Origin: Oscillospiraceae bacterium
Lineage (GTDB): Bacteria > Bacillota > Clostridia > Oscillospirales > CAG-382
Direction of reading: 5' to 3'
Assembly: GCA_015064895.1 (NCBI GenBank)
Contig: SVRI01000009.1
Span: 15,138-79,137, forward strand
Length of the DNA: 64,000 nucleotides
The notes beneath the pieces are model-generated. The model did no database searches and was not told the origin of the DNA. It saw nothing but the letters and a program-made list of their open reading frames with translations. The translations under genes were made by a program, and so were the position numbers. Each line of letters opens with the position of its first letter. The stretch's first letter is position 1. This document shows, in pieces, positions 1 through 9,957 of this stretch.

Positions 1-664
1 CACGGAAAATGAAGTTGCCGGGTGTGATTTCGTTTCTGAAGGACTTACCTATCTGTGCAATACCGAAGGGAACCTTTCTTCTTGTTGTTCTCTGAACATT
101 TGCAAAGTTTACGAAAATACCCTGTGCTGTTTCGGGTCTGAGATATACCGTATTCTTTGCATCCTCGGTTACGCCCTGGAATGTCTTGAACATGAGGTTG
201 AACTGACGGATATCTGTAAAGTTGTGCTTGCCGCATGTGGGACAGGGAATGTTATGCTCATCTATAAAGTTCTTCATTTCTTCCTGGCTCATGGCATCTG
301 CACTTGTACCGAGTTCAAAGCCTGTTTCAGCACACCAGTCTTCGATAATCTTGTCTGCTCTGAATCTTTCGTGACATTCTCTACAGTCCATAAGAGGGTC
401 GGAGAATCCGCCAAGGTGACCGGAAGCAACCCAAGTCTGAGGGTTCATAAGGATAGCCGCATCAAGACCTACGTTGTAGGGGTTTTCCTGAACAAACTTC
501 TTCCACCATGCCTTCTTTACGTTGTTCTTGAGTTCAACGCCGAGAGGACCGTAGTCCCAAGTGTTTGCAAGACCGCCGTAGATTTCACTGCCTGCGAATA
601 CATAACCTCTGTTCTTACAGAAGGCTACGATTTTGTCCATTGACTTTTCTGTGTTCTTTAACAT
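1..664 (-). CDS. glyQS: Glycine--tRNA ligase (alpha2 type), 5' part; runs off the window start
   Basis: Not in the ORF track; translated by hand from ATG at 664: [48 protein letters not shown]... and near the window start [14 protein letters not shown]...[23 protein letters not shown] (class II GlyRS motifs). Confidence 0.96.
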   Translation of the reverse strand, partial: MLKNTEKSMDKIVAFCKNRGYVFAGSEIYGGLANTWDYGPLGVELKNNVKKAWWKKFVQENPYNVGLDAAILMNPQTWVASGHLGGFSDPLMDCRECHERFRADKIIEDWCAETGFELGTSADAMSQEEMKNFIDEHNIPCPTCGKHNFTDIRQFNLMFKTFQGVTEDAKNTVYLRPETAQGIFVNFANVQRTTRRKVPFGIAQIGKSFRNEITPGNFIFR

Positions 665-713
665 TGTCTTTTCTTCCTTTGTTTATGATAATATTTTATT
701 TTCTCAATTCCAT

Positions 714-832
714 GGCTTCCCCTTTTCTAAGGGGGAGCTGTCAGCTTTAGCTGACTGAGGAGGTTAAAACCGATTTCTTTTTTCAACCTCATCCGTCACT
801 TCGTGACACCTTCCCCATTCCTTGGGGAAGGC
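714..832. repeat. Multi-hairpin REP/MITE-like intergenic element
   Basis: Consecutive inverted repeats: GCTTCCCC/GGGGGAGC, GTCAGC-ttta-GCTGAC, GAGGTT/AACCTC, GTCAC-ttc-GTGAC, CCTTCCCCA/TGGGGAAGG. Confidence 0.65.
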
Positions 833-872
833 AGTCAGCAACTTCACTTAAGTACCATTGTGTAATTGTTCT

Positions 873-1199
873 TTAATTATCAATATCATAAAGATATTTT
901 TCATCAAACAAACACAATACATCTACAATTGCATTATTATATCCACTCAGTTTGTCAGCATCATCAATCTGCCTGCCCTCATTTATTGCTGTTTCAAATC
1001 TATCTCTAAGTGCTTTTGAAATTCCATCGTACTTTTTGATAAAATCATCTTCAGACATATTTGAATCATCAAGCATTTCTTTGAATCCGCAAACGTACCC
1101 GCAATACATATCTTGAAACTCGTCTTTTGCGTTGTTTTGATAATACAACATTTTTCTTTGGAGTATATCCTGAAAAGAAATATTTGCTACACTTTTCAT
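873..1199 (-). CDS. Hypothetical protein (~108 aa)
   Basis: ORF directly downstream of lysA with GAGAGGGTG RBS before ATG 1199; no recognised family motif. Confidence 0.7.
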   Translation of the reverse strand: MKSVANISFQDILQRKMLYYQNNAKDEFQDMYCGYVCGFKEMLDDSNMSEDDFIKKYDGISKALRDRFETAINEGRQIDDADKLSGYNNAIVDVLCLFDEKYLYDIDN

Positions 1200-1210
1200 A
1201 AAACACCCTC

Positions 1211-2515
1211 TCAAACATCGTTCCTTGTAAGATCCTCAAGCGTTTCTCGCTTAACCCCTACCCTGACACCGTCTTTTGACACAAGCACGAGTGCGGGCTT
1301 CAAGAAGCGGTTGTAATTTGACGACATTGAATAGTTATACGCACCCGTTACGCATACTGCAAGTATATCGCCGTACTGTGCCTTTTGAATATCCACATCG
1401 GGCTGAATGATGTCTCCGCTTTCACAGCAGGAGCCTACAACATCCGCATGGAAATTCATTTCCTCGTTTGCTTTGTTTGCAATAAGGCAGTAGTAAGGTG
1501 ATTCATAGAGTGCATATCGGGGATTGTCACTCATACCGCCGTTTACGGGAATGTAGTTTTTATATCCGGGGATTGTCTTGATATGACCGACAGTGTAAAG
1601 TGTCACACCTGCCGCCGCAACAAGGCTTCTACCGGGTTCAAACATAATCTTTGGCATTGAAATTCCGTTGTCGGCAACTGTTTTCTTTACCGTCTTTGCA
1701 ATCTCACAAATCATCCATTCGATGTCGAGATTTTCTTCGGTAGGTAAATATCTTACACCAAAACCGCCGCCAAGGTCAAGTACTTTTATTTTGTAAGAGC
1801 ACTTTTCTTTGATTTCTGCAGCAAACTTTGTCATAATCTCGCAGGCATCAATGAAAGGCTGCGGGTCAAAGCTCTGTGAACCTACGTGGCAATGTATACC
1901 TAGAAGGTTTACGTTTGCCTTACTGAGGGCGTGCTTTACAAAGTCTAGAGCCTGTCCCGTTTCTATTGCTTCGCCGAACTTTGAATCCACATTACCCGTT
2001 GCAATCTTTGCGTGGGTATGAGGGTCAATGCCGGGAGTAATTCTTAAAAGTACATTCTGTGTTTTGCCGTATTTCTTTGATATTTCGTCGATGAAATCAA
2101 GCTCCTCGCAGTTATCGGCAACAAAACAGCCGACGCCGTTCTTTATTGCAAATTCGATGTCCTCATACATCTTGTTGTTGCCGTGGAAATATATACGCTC
2201 TGCAGGAAAACCTGCGGAAATTGCAGTATAAATCTCGCCAACCGATACGGCATCGACGCACATTCCCTCCTCTTTTGCAATTTCGTACATTCCCTTGAAG
2301 GAAAGTGCTTTACTTGCATAGAGAATATCGGCATCGTCAAAGTGTTTTTTTACGGCATTTTTGTAGGTTCTGCACATCTCTCTTACTTTATCTTCGTCGA
2401 TAACATAAAGAGGTGTGCCGTATTTTTCTGCAAGTTCTACGGTATCATGTCCTCGAACTGCAAAATGACCTTTTTCGTTTATTGAATAGTTGTCATGTAA
2501 AAGTTGTGTGTTCAC
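1211..2515 (-). CDS. lysA: Diaminopimelate decarboxylase
   Basis: YGTPLYV, YASKAL (PLP Lys), HCHVGSQ, DLGGGFG, EPGRSLV, CCESGD, GAYNYSMSSNYN; GTG start at 2515 after AAGGA RBS preferred over 2566. Confidence 0.95.
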   Translation of the reverse strand: MNTQLLHDNYSINEKGHFAVRGHDTVELAEKYGTPLYVIDEDKVREMCRTYKNAVKKHFDDADILYASKALSFKGMYEIAKEEGMCVDAVSVGEIYTAISAGFPAERIYFHGNNKMYEDIEFAIKNGVGCFVADNCEELDFIDEISKKYGKTQNVLLRITPGIDPHTHAKIATGNVDSKFGEAIETGQALDFVKHALSKANVNLLGIHCHVGSQSFDPQPFIDACEIMTKFAAEIKEKCSYKIKVLDLGGGFGVRYLPTEENLDIEWMICEIAKTVKKTVADNGISMPKIMFEPGRSLVAAAGVTLYTVGHIKTIPGYKNYIPVNGGMSDNPRYALYESPYYCLIANKANEEMNFHADVVGSCCESGDIIQPDVDIQKAQYGDILAVCVTGAYNYSMSSNYNRFLKPALVLVSKDGVRVGVKRETLEDLTRNDV

Positions 2516-2528
2516 GGGTATTCCTTCT

Positions 2529-3176
2529 TTATTTCGCTTCGTTCTGTTCGGGTGTCTGTTCTTCATCCATCGGCACGCCGTTTACGAAGTCCACAAATTC
2601 GTTTATGATTTCCCAAAGCACGTCAACACCCTCACCCGTTTCGGATGAAAAGGCAATTACCTCCGCATCTTCGGGGATAGCAGGATGATTTCTTATTGCT
2701 TCGAGATTCTTTATTCTGTTTGTTTTATTAAGCTTGTCCGCCTTGGTGCAGACAACGGCAAAGGGCAAATCCTCGTTTACAAGGAAATTAACCATTGCCT
2801 CGTCGTCCTTTGTAAGTCCGACCTTTAAGTCCACCAGCTGAAGATACAATCTTTCGCCGGGAGTTTCAAAATACTTGTCAATAAGCTTTTTCCATTTCTC
2901 ACGCTCCGAGAAGGAACGCTTTGCGTAGCCGTAACCGGGAAGGTCTACAAGATACACCGTCGAGTCTATATCATAGCAGTTGACGGTGATTGTCTTACCG
3001 GGTTCAGCGCTGACACGGGCAAGCTTTTTTCTGTTTAGCATTTTATTGATAAGCGAGGATTTTCCCACATTGCTTCGTCCGCACATGGCAACCTGAGGAA
3101 TCTCGGGACGCATAATACCCGGAAGCTGTTTGGGGAGTCCTGCCGTCATTATAAGATTTGCTTTTTGAATATTCAT
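2529..3176 (-). CDS. engB: Ribosome biogenesis GTPase YsxC/EngB
   Basis: GRSNVGKSSLIN, PGKT, DLPGYGY, TKADK; directly downstream of lon (conserved synteny). Confidence 0.95.
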   Translation of the reverse strand: MNIQKANLIMTAGLPKQLPGIMRPEIPQVAMCGRSNVGKSSLINKMLNRKKLARVSAEPGKTITVNCYDIDSTVYLVDLPGYGYAKRSFSEREKWKKLIDKYFETPGERLYLQLVDLKVGLTKDDEAMVNFLVNEDLPFAVVCTKADKLNKTNRIKNLEAIRNHPAIPEDAEVIAFSSETGEGVDVLWEIINEFVDFVNGVPMDEEQTPEQNEAK

Positions 3177-3195
3177 ATTTATCTTCCTTCCGGAA

Positions 3196-5607
3196 TTAAA
3201 CGGTAGCATTGTGGCACACCGTCACCACGTTATCGTGTGCATACATCTCGGGGTTTGTTTCCTCAGCCGTATCCCCTGATACAGGCTCAAGCACAACCTC
3301 CAGCACCTCGGATACGTGCTTTACGGGAATAAATGTAATTGCTTCCTTTACAACAGGGTCAACCTCGTGAAGGTCTGAAATATTATCATAAGGAATAAGC
3401 ACTACTTTCATGCCGTTCTTGTATGCCGCCATGGTCTTTTCGCGAAGTCCGCCTATAGGTAAAACTCTGCCCGTAAGTGTAACTTCACCCGTCATTGCAA
3501 CGTCACATCTTGCTTTTCTTCCCGAAAGCTCACTGACAATGGCACTTACCATGGTAATACCGGCACTTGGGCCGTCCTTGGGAATTGCACCTTCGGGAAC
3601 ATGGATATGTAAATCTGTATCCTTGAAAAACTCAGGATTTTTAATTCCAAGCTCGCCTTGATGCTTTCTGATAAAGCTCTCGGCCGCCTGCGCCGATTCC
3701 TTCATTACGTCGCCGAGGCTTCCCGTCAGTACAAACTTACCTGTACCCGGCATTGAAAGCACTTCAATCTGAAGCATTTCACCGCCAAGGGCAGTCCATG
3801 CAAGACCGTTTACAACACCCACGGTATTTTCCGTGAGCATCGGGTCGGGCTTTGACTTTCTCGGCCCCATAAGTTCGGGGACATGCTTTACAGAAACAGT
3901 AAAGCTCTTCTTTTCACCCGTAGCAATCTTCATTGCAATCTTACGGATAAGCGAAGCAACCTCTCTTTCAAGGTTTCTGACACCTGCTTCCTTTGTGTAA
4001 CCGTCGATAAGTTCAAAGATTGCATCGTCCGAAAGCTTTAAGTTTCTCTTTGTAAGACCGTGTCTCTTTAACTGTTTGGGAAGAAGGTGGTCTTTACAGA
4101 TAGCCAGTTTTTCGTTTCTCGTATAAGAAGGAAGATTTATAACTTCCATTCTGTCATAAAGTGCATCAGGGATTGTTTCTGCATTGTTTGCAGTTGCAAT
4201 AAAGATACATTCCGAAATATCAAGAGGTATTTCAAGGAAATGGTCGCGGAAGGACTTGTTCTGGTCTGAATCAAGTACTTCGAGAAGGGCAGATGCAGGG
4301 TCGCCGTGGCTATCACGGGACAGCTTATCAATTTCATCGAGAAGTACAACGGGGTTCATACTCTTTGCCCTTGTCATACCTTCAGCAATTCTACCCGGCA
4401 TTGCACCGATATATGTCTTTCTGTGGCCTCTGATATCTGCTTCATCCCTTATGCCGCCGAGAGAAATTCTGACAAAATTTCTGCCCATTGCACGTGCTAT
4501 GGAGGAAGCAATGGAGGATTTACCTACACCGGGAGGACCTACAAGGCAGATTATCTGTCCCTTAAGGTCGGGGCTTAATTGCTTTACTGCGATATATTCC
4601 AGTATTCTTTCCTTGACCTTCTGCATGCCGTTATGGTCTTCGTCAAGGATTTTTCTTGCCTTTTCAACGTCAAAGACATCCTTGGTGTAAACACCGACAG
4701 GAAGCTCTAAAATTGTTTCAAGGAAGTTTCTTATAACGCTGCTCTCGGATGAGCCGAAGGGCATTTTATTAAGCTTGTTTGCTTCCTTGGCAAGCCTTTC
4801 CTTTACTTCGTCGGAAAAGGCAGACTTTTCAATTCTTTCAAAGAAGCCGTCCTCGTCCGCATCGCCTGACATTCCGAGCTCGTCGTGAATAACCTTTAAC
4901 TGTTCCTTGAGGAAATATTCTCTCTGATTGTCATTAAGTCTTTCTCTTACCTTGTCATGAAGCTCACTTCTCATGGAAAGGACTTCCCTCTCCTGTTCTA
5001 AGATTACAATGAGTCTTTCGAGTCTCTTTAAGGGGTCGCATTCTTCGAGAATCTGCTGCTTGTCCTCATATCTGAAAAGCACATTTGCCGCAATGAAGTC
5101 GGAAAGAAGCCCCGGGTCTGTTATTGCCTGAACCGAAACAACAACCTCATTCGAAATCTTGGGCATGAATTTGATATAGCTCTGGAATGCTTCAATTGCT
5201 TCTGCCACAAGAGCCTGTCCCTTTATACCGCCGTCATCGGGAAGATATACGCTCTTTACGAGAACATTGACGGTGGGATATTCTTCTTCTCTGACTATTT
5301 CAACAATTTCTGCTCTTTTTTTTGCTTCAACAAGAAGTCTGTAATTGCCGTCGGGAAGTTTAAGCGACTGCTTGAGTCTTGCAACAACACCCATTGTATA
5401 CATTTCGGGCTTTTCGGTGGGTTTGTCGGCATTTTTTACGCAGGAAAGAAAGATATTTCCTCCGTACATTGCCGCAGCCTTCATTGCCGCAACCGAACGC
5501 TTATTGTTGATTTCAAAGCTTGTGGGCACTCCGGGGAAGATTACAAGTCCTCTCATGGGAAGTGCCGGAAGCGTCATATTTTCTACTTTTTCTATGTATC
5601 TTGACAT
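3196..5607 (-). CDS. lon: ATP-dependent Lon protease
   Basis: N-terminal LPALPMRGLVIFPG, Walker A GPPGVGKS, LLDEIDK, PKDGPSAG catalytic Ser, IGGLREK. Confidence 0.97.
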   Translation of the reverse strand: MSRYIEKVENMTLPALPMRGLVIFPGVPTSFEINNKRSVAAMKAAAMYGGNIFLSCVKNADKPTEKPEMYTMGVVARLKQSLKLPDGNYRLLVEAKKRAEIVEIVREEEYPTVNVLVKSVYLPDDGGIKGQALVAEAIEAFQSYIKFMPKISNEVVVSVQAITDPGLLSDFIAANVLFRYEDKQQILEECDPLKRLERLIVILEQEREVLSMRSELHDKVRERLNDNQREYFLKEQLKVIHDELGMSGDADEDGFFERIEKSAFSDEVKERLAKEANKLNKMPFGSSESSVIRNFLETILELPVGVYTKDVFDVEKARKILDEDHNGMQKVKERILEYIAVKQLSPDLKGQIICLVGPPGVGKSSIASSIARAMGRNFVRISLGGIRDEADIRGHRKTYIGAMPGRIAEGMTRAKSMNPVVLLDEIDKLSRDSHGDPASALLEVLDSDQNKSFRDHFLEIPLDISECIFIATANNAETIPDALYDRMEVINLPSYTRNEKLAICKDHLLPKQLKRHGLTKRNLKLSDDAIFELIDGYTKEAGVRNLEREVASLIRKIAMKIATGEKKSFTVSVKHVPELMGPRKSKPDPMLTENTVGVVNGLAWTALGGEMLQIEVLSMPGTGKFVLTGSLGDVMKESAQAAESFIRKHQGELGIKNPEFFKDTDLHIHVPEGAIPKDGPSAGITMVSAIVSELSGRKARCDVAMTGEVTLTGRVLPIGGLREKTMAAYKNGMKVVLIPYDNISDLHEVDPVVKEAITFIPVKHVSEVLEVVLEPVSGDTAEETNPEMYAHDNVVTVCHNATV

Positions 5608-5742
5608 TTTTTCACTCCGTGTTTTTTCGCTTAAAAACGATATTTCGCCTTATATAGATATTCTATTGTATTATAACACAATCTTGTCAAGATGAATAAT
5701 AAAAAAGTCAAATGTTTATATATTATTTACAATATTCCCGCT

Positions 5743-6423
5743 TTATTTGTCTTCTTCACCATTATCTGCAGGATAATCCCCCGACAAAACGTCACAAAGC
5801 TTGTCGTAACCGAGAACAAAATTGCTTGTTCCGTACTTTATGGGCGAAAGAATACCTGCGTTTACATAAAAGCAAAGTCCCTTGGGTACGGCAAAGCAGT
5901 TATGTACATCAAAATGCTTTGACAAATTCACAAGATAGTCTGAATAATATCCGAATGCAGGATTTTCTGCGTTTTCTGCGGCTGATGTACAAACGAGGGA
6001 AAAAATCTTTCTCTTGGAAGCTCTGTCAAGCTTAATTATGTCGGAAAGCGGCAGAATACAATTGTTTTTCACACTCCACATCTGTGAAAAACGGCGTGTT
6101 TTTATGCTTTTCCCCTCTGAAAAAGTAAGGTCAAGCACAATGCTTACAATGTCGTCCTGACAAAGTGAGACGGTGTAGCTCATAGATAAAGCAATGGGAA
6201 GCCTACAGGTGAGAAGCTTAAATTTCAACTTTCTCGGCAGCTTGTTTCTGGCATGGTACGAATATTTTTCGGCTATAGATGAGTAAAAATCGTTCATTTT
6301 TTTACAGAGCTTTTTATGTTTTTCACTTTCAAAATACGGATACTTTATATTTTCGACAACAGCCACTCTTTCACCGAGTCTGACCTTGCTCTTAATCTTT
6401 TTTTCGGTAATGGATATTGACAT
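5743..6423 (-). CDS. Hypothetical basic protein, weak DUF3298/RsiV-like C-terminus
   Basis: 226-aa ORF with AAGGAG RBS; NCFAVPKGLCFYVNAGILSP loosely resembles the DUF3298 C-terminal pattern. Confidence 0.55.
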   Translation of the reverse strand: MSISITEKKIKSKVRLGERVAVVENIKYPYFESEKHKKLCKKMNDFYSSIAEKYSYHARNKLPRKLKFKLLTCRLPIALSMSYTVSLCQDDIVSIVLDLTFSEGKSIKTRRFSQMWSVKNNCILPLSDIIKLDRASKRKIFSLVCTSAAENAENPAFGYYSDYLVNLSKHFDVHNCFAVPKGLCFYVNAGILSPIKYGTSNFVLGYDKLCDVLSGDYPADNGEEDK

Positions 6424-6482
6424 AGTACTGCTCCTTTCGGCTGATAGTACAGTTTATGCCGACATATGTATTCTTTATGTGT

Positions 6483-6517
6483 AAAAAAATCCCTTGTGCC
6501 GTAGATGACACAAGGGA
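6483..6517 (-). terminator. Intrinsic terminator after GH127 gene
   Basis: TCCCTTGTG/CACAAGGGA stem followed on the minus strand by T7. Confidence 0.7.
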
Positions 6518-6523
6518 AAATTA

Positions 6524-8479
6524 TTATTTCAGCTTTGCTTTCGGGAAATAAGTAAGCCTTAAGTTTGTACATCCGAAGGGCTTGAGAACCAGCGGAAGTT
6601 TATGGGTGACTATCTGATACTCACCGCAAGGCTCACACGTTCTGTTTGGATAGGGAGGCATAATGTAGGGTGCTTTATAACAGTGTGCATGAAGCTTTAT
6701 GGGGGTGTTTTCCCACACATATCCCTTTGGCTCTATTTCTTCAACAGTAAAGTCGGAGGGTTTTATATTCTCGTCAATGGCAAGATTCCAGTTGATGTAG
6801 TTGCGTCTGAGACCTGTTGCTTCGTGATGGCTCTTGTAAGGAGGATCTCGGTAAAACGGCACCAGCTGGTACCATGTCCAGCCATCGGGCAAAGGTGTCA
6901 TGGGGCTTCCCTCAGTGGCAATCCAATCCTCGGGAATGTGATAGGAATAAAGGAGTGCGCCGTATTTTATGGCAATAGGATGAACGGCGGGACCGTCGGT
7001 GTCGTCTACTTTTATTACTTCGATTTCGGCTTTGAATGTAATTTCAACAACATCGCCGCATTTCCATGCCTTGTCAAGCTTTATGTAACCATTTTCATCG
7101 GCAGAGCATTCTGTTTTTTCGCCGTTTACCGTAACTTCAAATCCCTTTGCCCACATGGGGTTCTTAAGATAAAGTGCAAAGGATTTGTCGCAACCAATCT
7201 CAAAACGCACATTGTTTCTGAAAGGATAAAGAGTATTTACGTTTATCTTTATACCGTTATAGTCAAGTCTGCAAGGACCGTATGACTGAACATAAACATT
7301 TCCGTCATTATCTGTCATCATAAAGTCTCTTATAAATTCAGGTACGTTGCAAACGGCATTTACGGGACAGCAGGAAACGGGATAACAGGGTGTATACGCC
7401 TGCATATCCACCTTTGCTCCGGCAGTAGAAGAAGTGGTGGTAGCCATAAACTGATTGGGAGAACTTAAGTATGCTATTGCCTTTTCGTCCTTTTTTCTTG
7501 CACCCATGGCACCGTTATAGTACATTTCTTCCATATAGTCGCCGTAGATTGCCTTACCCGTGATAATGCCCATCATGGTAAAGGTTGCATTGAAATAGGC
7601 ATAGCTGCAATATTCGGTCTCGTTTGTTCCGCCAACAGGCCCGAGATACTCGGATATGGATACGGGACCGCCCGAAAGCTGGGTTGAGTATTTTCTTACT
7701 TTCTGAATACCCTTTTCACTTGCTTTTAAATATTCTTCATTACCAAAGGCAGAGTAAACCATGGCAGGAAGCCTGAGATAATATCCGACAGCCGCAGTAT
7801 GATTGGAGTTATAGTGGAAATCATCCGACAAAAGTGCCTTGTAGGATGATTCGAAAATATCTCTGTCACAAGTCATCTCAAGATATTCTTTTGCATATTC
7901 TGCCAAGGTCTCGTCGCCGGTGTGAAAATATGTCAGAATCATCGGTTCTATAAGATAGGGTGCAGCATAAAATGTCTTATTATCCCCTGCCCATTCTCTT
8001 GTAAACCAAAGCATACACTTGTGTACGGCTTCAAGAACATCTTTTCTTCCCGTTGCTTCATAGAAAGCTATAAGACCTCGCATTGCACAGGCTGTACCCC
8101 AGCCGTTGAAGTCGTCGTATATGTTGGCATCGTCCTCATAGAATGTGCCGAGATAACCGTCTGCCTTCTGATTCTTCATCATGCCGTCAACCCACTCGGC
8201 AGCAGTTTTTTTCATTTCTTCGTCATCAAGGACAAATGCCGATTGGATATAGCCTGTCCAGTAGTTGCCCGAAATTTCGGCACCCCAGCCTGACTGGTCG
8301 CCGGGTCCCCATGCTTTGACGTAAGTCTTTTTAATGTAAGGCAAGGCAATCATTTCGGGTTCCAGGTCTTTAAGATGACCTGTCATGCCGTCTTTACAGC
8401 GAAGAAGCTGGTCTTTAAGGAAACCTTCTGCCTTGACTGCACCGAGAGGAAGTCTTATACATTTGTTGTAGTTTTTCAT
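6524..8479 (-). CDS. Glycoside hydrolase family 127/146 (beta-L-arabinofuranosidase-like)
   Basis: LPLGAVKAEGFLKDQL, ExC motif (TEYCS), SCCPVN Cys pair, TLYPF, LKPFGCTNLRLTYFP. Confidence 0.85.
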   Translation of the reverse strand: MKNYNKCIRLPLGAVKAEGFLKDQLLRCKDGMTGHLKDLEPEMIALPYIKKTYVKAWGPGDQSGWGAEISGNYWTGYIQSAFVLDDEEMKKTAAEWVDGMMKNQKADGYLGTFYEDDANIYDDFNGWGTACAMRGLIAFYEATGRKDVLEAVHKCMLWFTREWAGDNKTFYAAPYLIEPMILTYFHTGDETLAEYAKEYLEMTCDRDIFESSYKALLSDDFHYNSNHTAAVGYYLRLPAMVYSAFGNEEYLKASEKGIQKVRKYSTQLSGGPVSISEYLGPVGGTNETEYCSYAYFNATFTMMGIITGKAIYGDYMEEMYYNGAMGARKKDEKAIAYLSSPNQFMATTTSSTAGAKVDMQAYTPCYPVSCCPVNAVCNVPEFIRDFMMTDNDGNVYVQSYGPCRLDYNGIKINVNTLYPFRNNVRFEIGCDKSFALYLKNPMWAKGFEVTVNGEKTECSADENGYIKLDKAWKCGDVVEITFKAEIEVIKVDDTDGPAVHPIAIKYGALLYSYHIPEDWIATEGSPMTPLPDGWTWYQLVPFYRDPPYKSHHEATGLRRNYINWNLAIDENIKPSDFTVEEIEPKGYVWENTPIKLHAHCYKAPYIMPPYPNRTCEPCGEYQIVTHKLPLVLKPFGCTNLRLTYFPKAKLK

Positions 8480-8557
8480 AATGTACCTCTAAACACGGAT
8501 ATTAATTTGCGGATGCCGTTACCGACATCCGCTTGTTTTACCAAAAAATATAATTTT

Positions 8558-8592
8558 GAGTTTGACCGCTCGCGTTTATGGCGGTCAAACGG
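8558..8592. repeat. Family-A palindrome (GAGTTTGACCGC-loop-GCGGTCAAACGG)
   Basis: Same stem at 41819-41853, 41948-41982, 42076-42110 and 56634-56668. Confidence 0.85.
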
Positions 8593-8663
8593 TGCTTGTT
8601 ATGCGACACAAACATCGGTTAATCACAGAAATTGCCCGCGAATTTGCCCGCGGGGGCTCCCCG

Positions 8664-9938
8664 CTAAAGAGAAAGTAAGGCCTGCTTGATATCGTCTATA
8701 ATATCGCCTACGTATTCAATGCCGACGGAAAGTCTGAGAAGGTCGGGGCTTGTTCCGCATTCAATAAGCTGCTGGTCGGTAAGCTGACGGTGGGTTGTGC
8801 TTGCGGGATGAAGGATACAGGTTCTTGCATCGGCAACGTGGGTTACAATTGCCGCAAGCTTTAGAGAATCCATAAACTTTGTAGCCGCTTCTCTGCCGCC
8901 CTTAACGCCGAAGGAAATTACACCGCATGTGCCGTTAGGCATATACTTTTTAGCTCTTTCGTGGTACTTTGAGGACTCGAGTCCGGGATATTCCACCCAT
9001 GCAATTCTGTCATCACTCTCTAAGAACTTTGCAACTTCAAGAGCGTTGGCACAATGTCTTTCCATTCTTAAGTGAAGTGTCTCAAGACCGAGATTTAAAA
9101 GGAATGCGTTATGGGGTGAAGGAATAGAACCAAGGTCACGCATTACCTGTGCAAGAAGCTTTGTCATAAATGCACTCTTGCCGAACTTTTCTGTATATGT
9201 GATACCGTGATAGGAATCGTCGGGAGTTGTAAGACCGGGGAACTTGTCTGCATGTGCATTCCAGTCGAAGTTGCCGCTGTCAACCACGCATCCGCCTACG
9301 CTTGTTGCATGACCGTCCATGTACTTTGTTGTGGAATGTGTTACGATATCCGCACCGTGTTCAAAGGGGCGGCAGTTGATGGGTGTGGGGAATGTGTTGT
9401 CAACGATGAAGGGTACGCCGTGCTTGTGAGCAGCATTTGCAAACTGTTCAAAGTCAATGATATTGAGCGAAGGGTTTGAAATACTTTCGGCAAATACAGC
9501 CTTGGTGTTTTCTTTGAATGCCGCTTCAAGTTCTGCATCCGAAACATCGGGTGTAACGAAGGTAAAGTCAATGCCCATCTTTCTCATTGTTACATTAAAA
9601 AGATTGAATGTGCCGCCGTAAATTGCAGAGGAACAAACAACGTGGTCGCCTGCAGAGCAGATATTGAAGATTGCATAGAAGTTTGCAGCCTGACCCGAGG
9701 ATGTAAGAAGTGCACCTACACCGCCTTCAAGGTCGCAGATTTTTGCCGCAACACAGTCGTTTGTGGGGTTTGCAAGACGTGTGTAGAAGTAGCCGCTTTC
9801 TTCGAGGTCGAAAAGTCTGCCCATCTGGTCTGAGGATTCGTATTTATATGTTGTACTCTGTACAATGGGAAGAATTCTGCTTTCGCCGTTTTTAGGTGTG
9901 TAACCTGACTGGATACACTTTGTATAAATGTGACTCAT
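8664..9938 (-). CDS. metY: O-acetylhomoserine aminocarboxypropyltransferase / cysteine synthase
   Basis: PIVQSTTY, YTRLANPT, SSGQAA, DNTF, HSTTKYMDGH (PLP Lys), HPASTTHRQL, RLSVGIE; start at ATG 9938 after GAGG RBS. Confidence 0.92.
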   Translation of the reverse strand: MSHIYTKCIQSGYTPKNGESRILPIVQSTTYKYESSDQMGRLFDLEESGYFYTRLANPTNDCVAAKICDLEGGVGALLTSSGQAANFYAIFNICSAGDHVVCSSAIYGGTFNLFNVTMRKMGIDFTFVTPDVSDAELEAAFKENTKAVFAESISNPSLNIIDFEQFANAAHKHGVPFIVDNTFPTPINCRPFEHGADIVTHSTTKYMDGHATSVGGCVVDSGNFDWNAHADKFPGLTTPDDSYHGITYTEKFGKSAFMTKLLAQVMRDLGSIPSPHNAFLLNLGLETLHLRMERHCANALEVAKFLESDDRIAWVEYPGLESSKYHERAKKYMPNGTCGVISFGVKGGREAATKFMDSLKLAAIVTHVADARTCILHPASTTHRQLTDQQLIECGTSPDLLRLSVGIEYVGDIIDDIKQALLSL

Positions 9939-9957
9939 GGTTTTTGCCTCCGATAAT

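Noticed and set aside
224-643. 139-aa plus-strand ORF (and 45-236 minus-strand ORF)
   Set aside because: Both overlap the glyQS frame, which the ORF track missed because it runs off the window.
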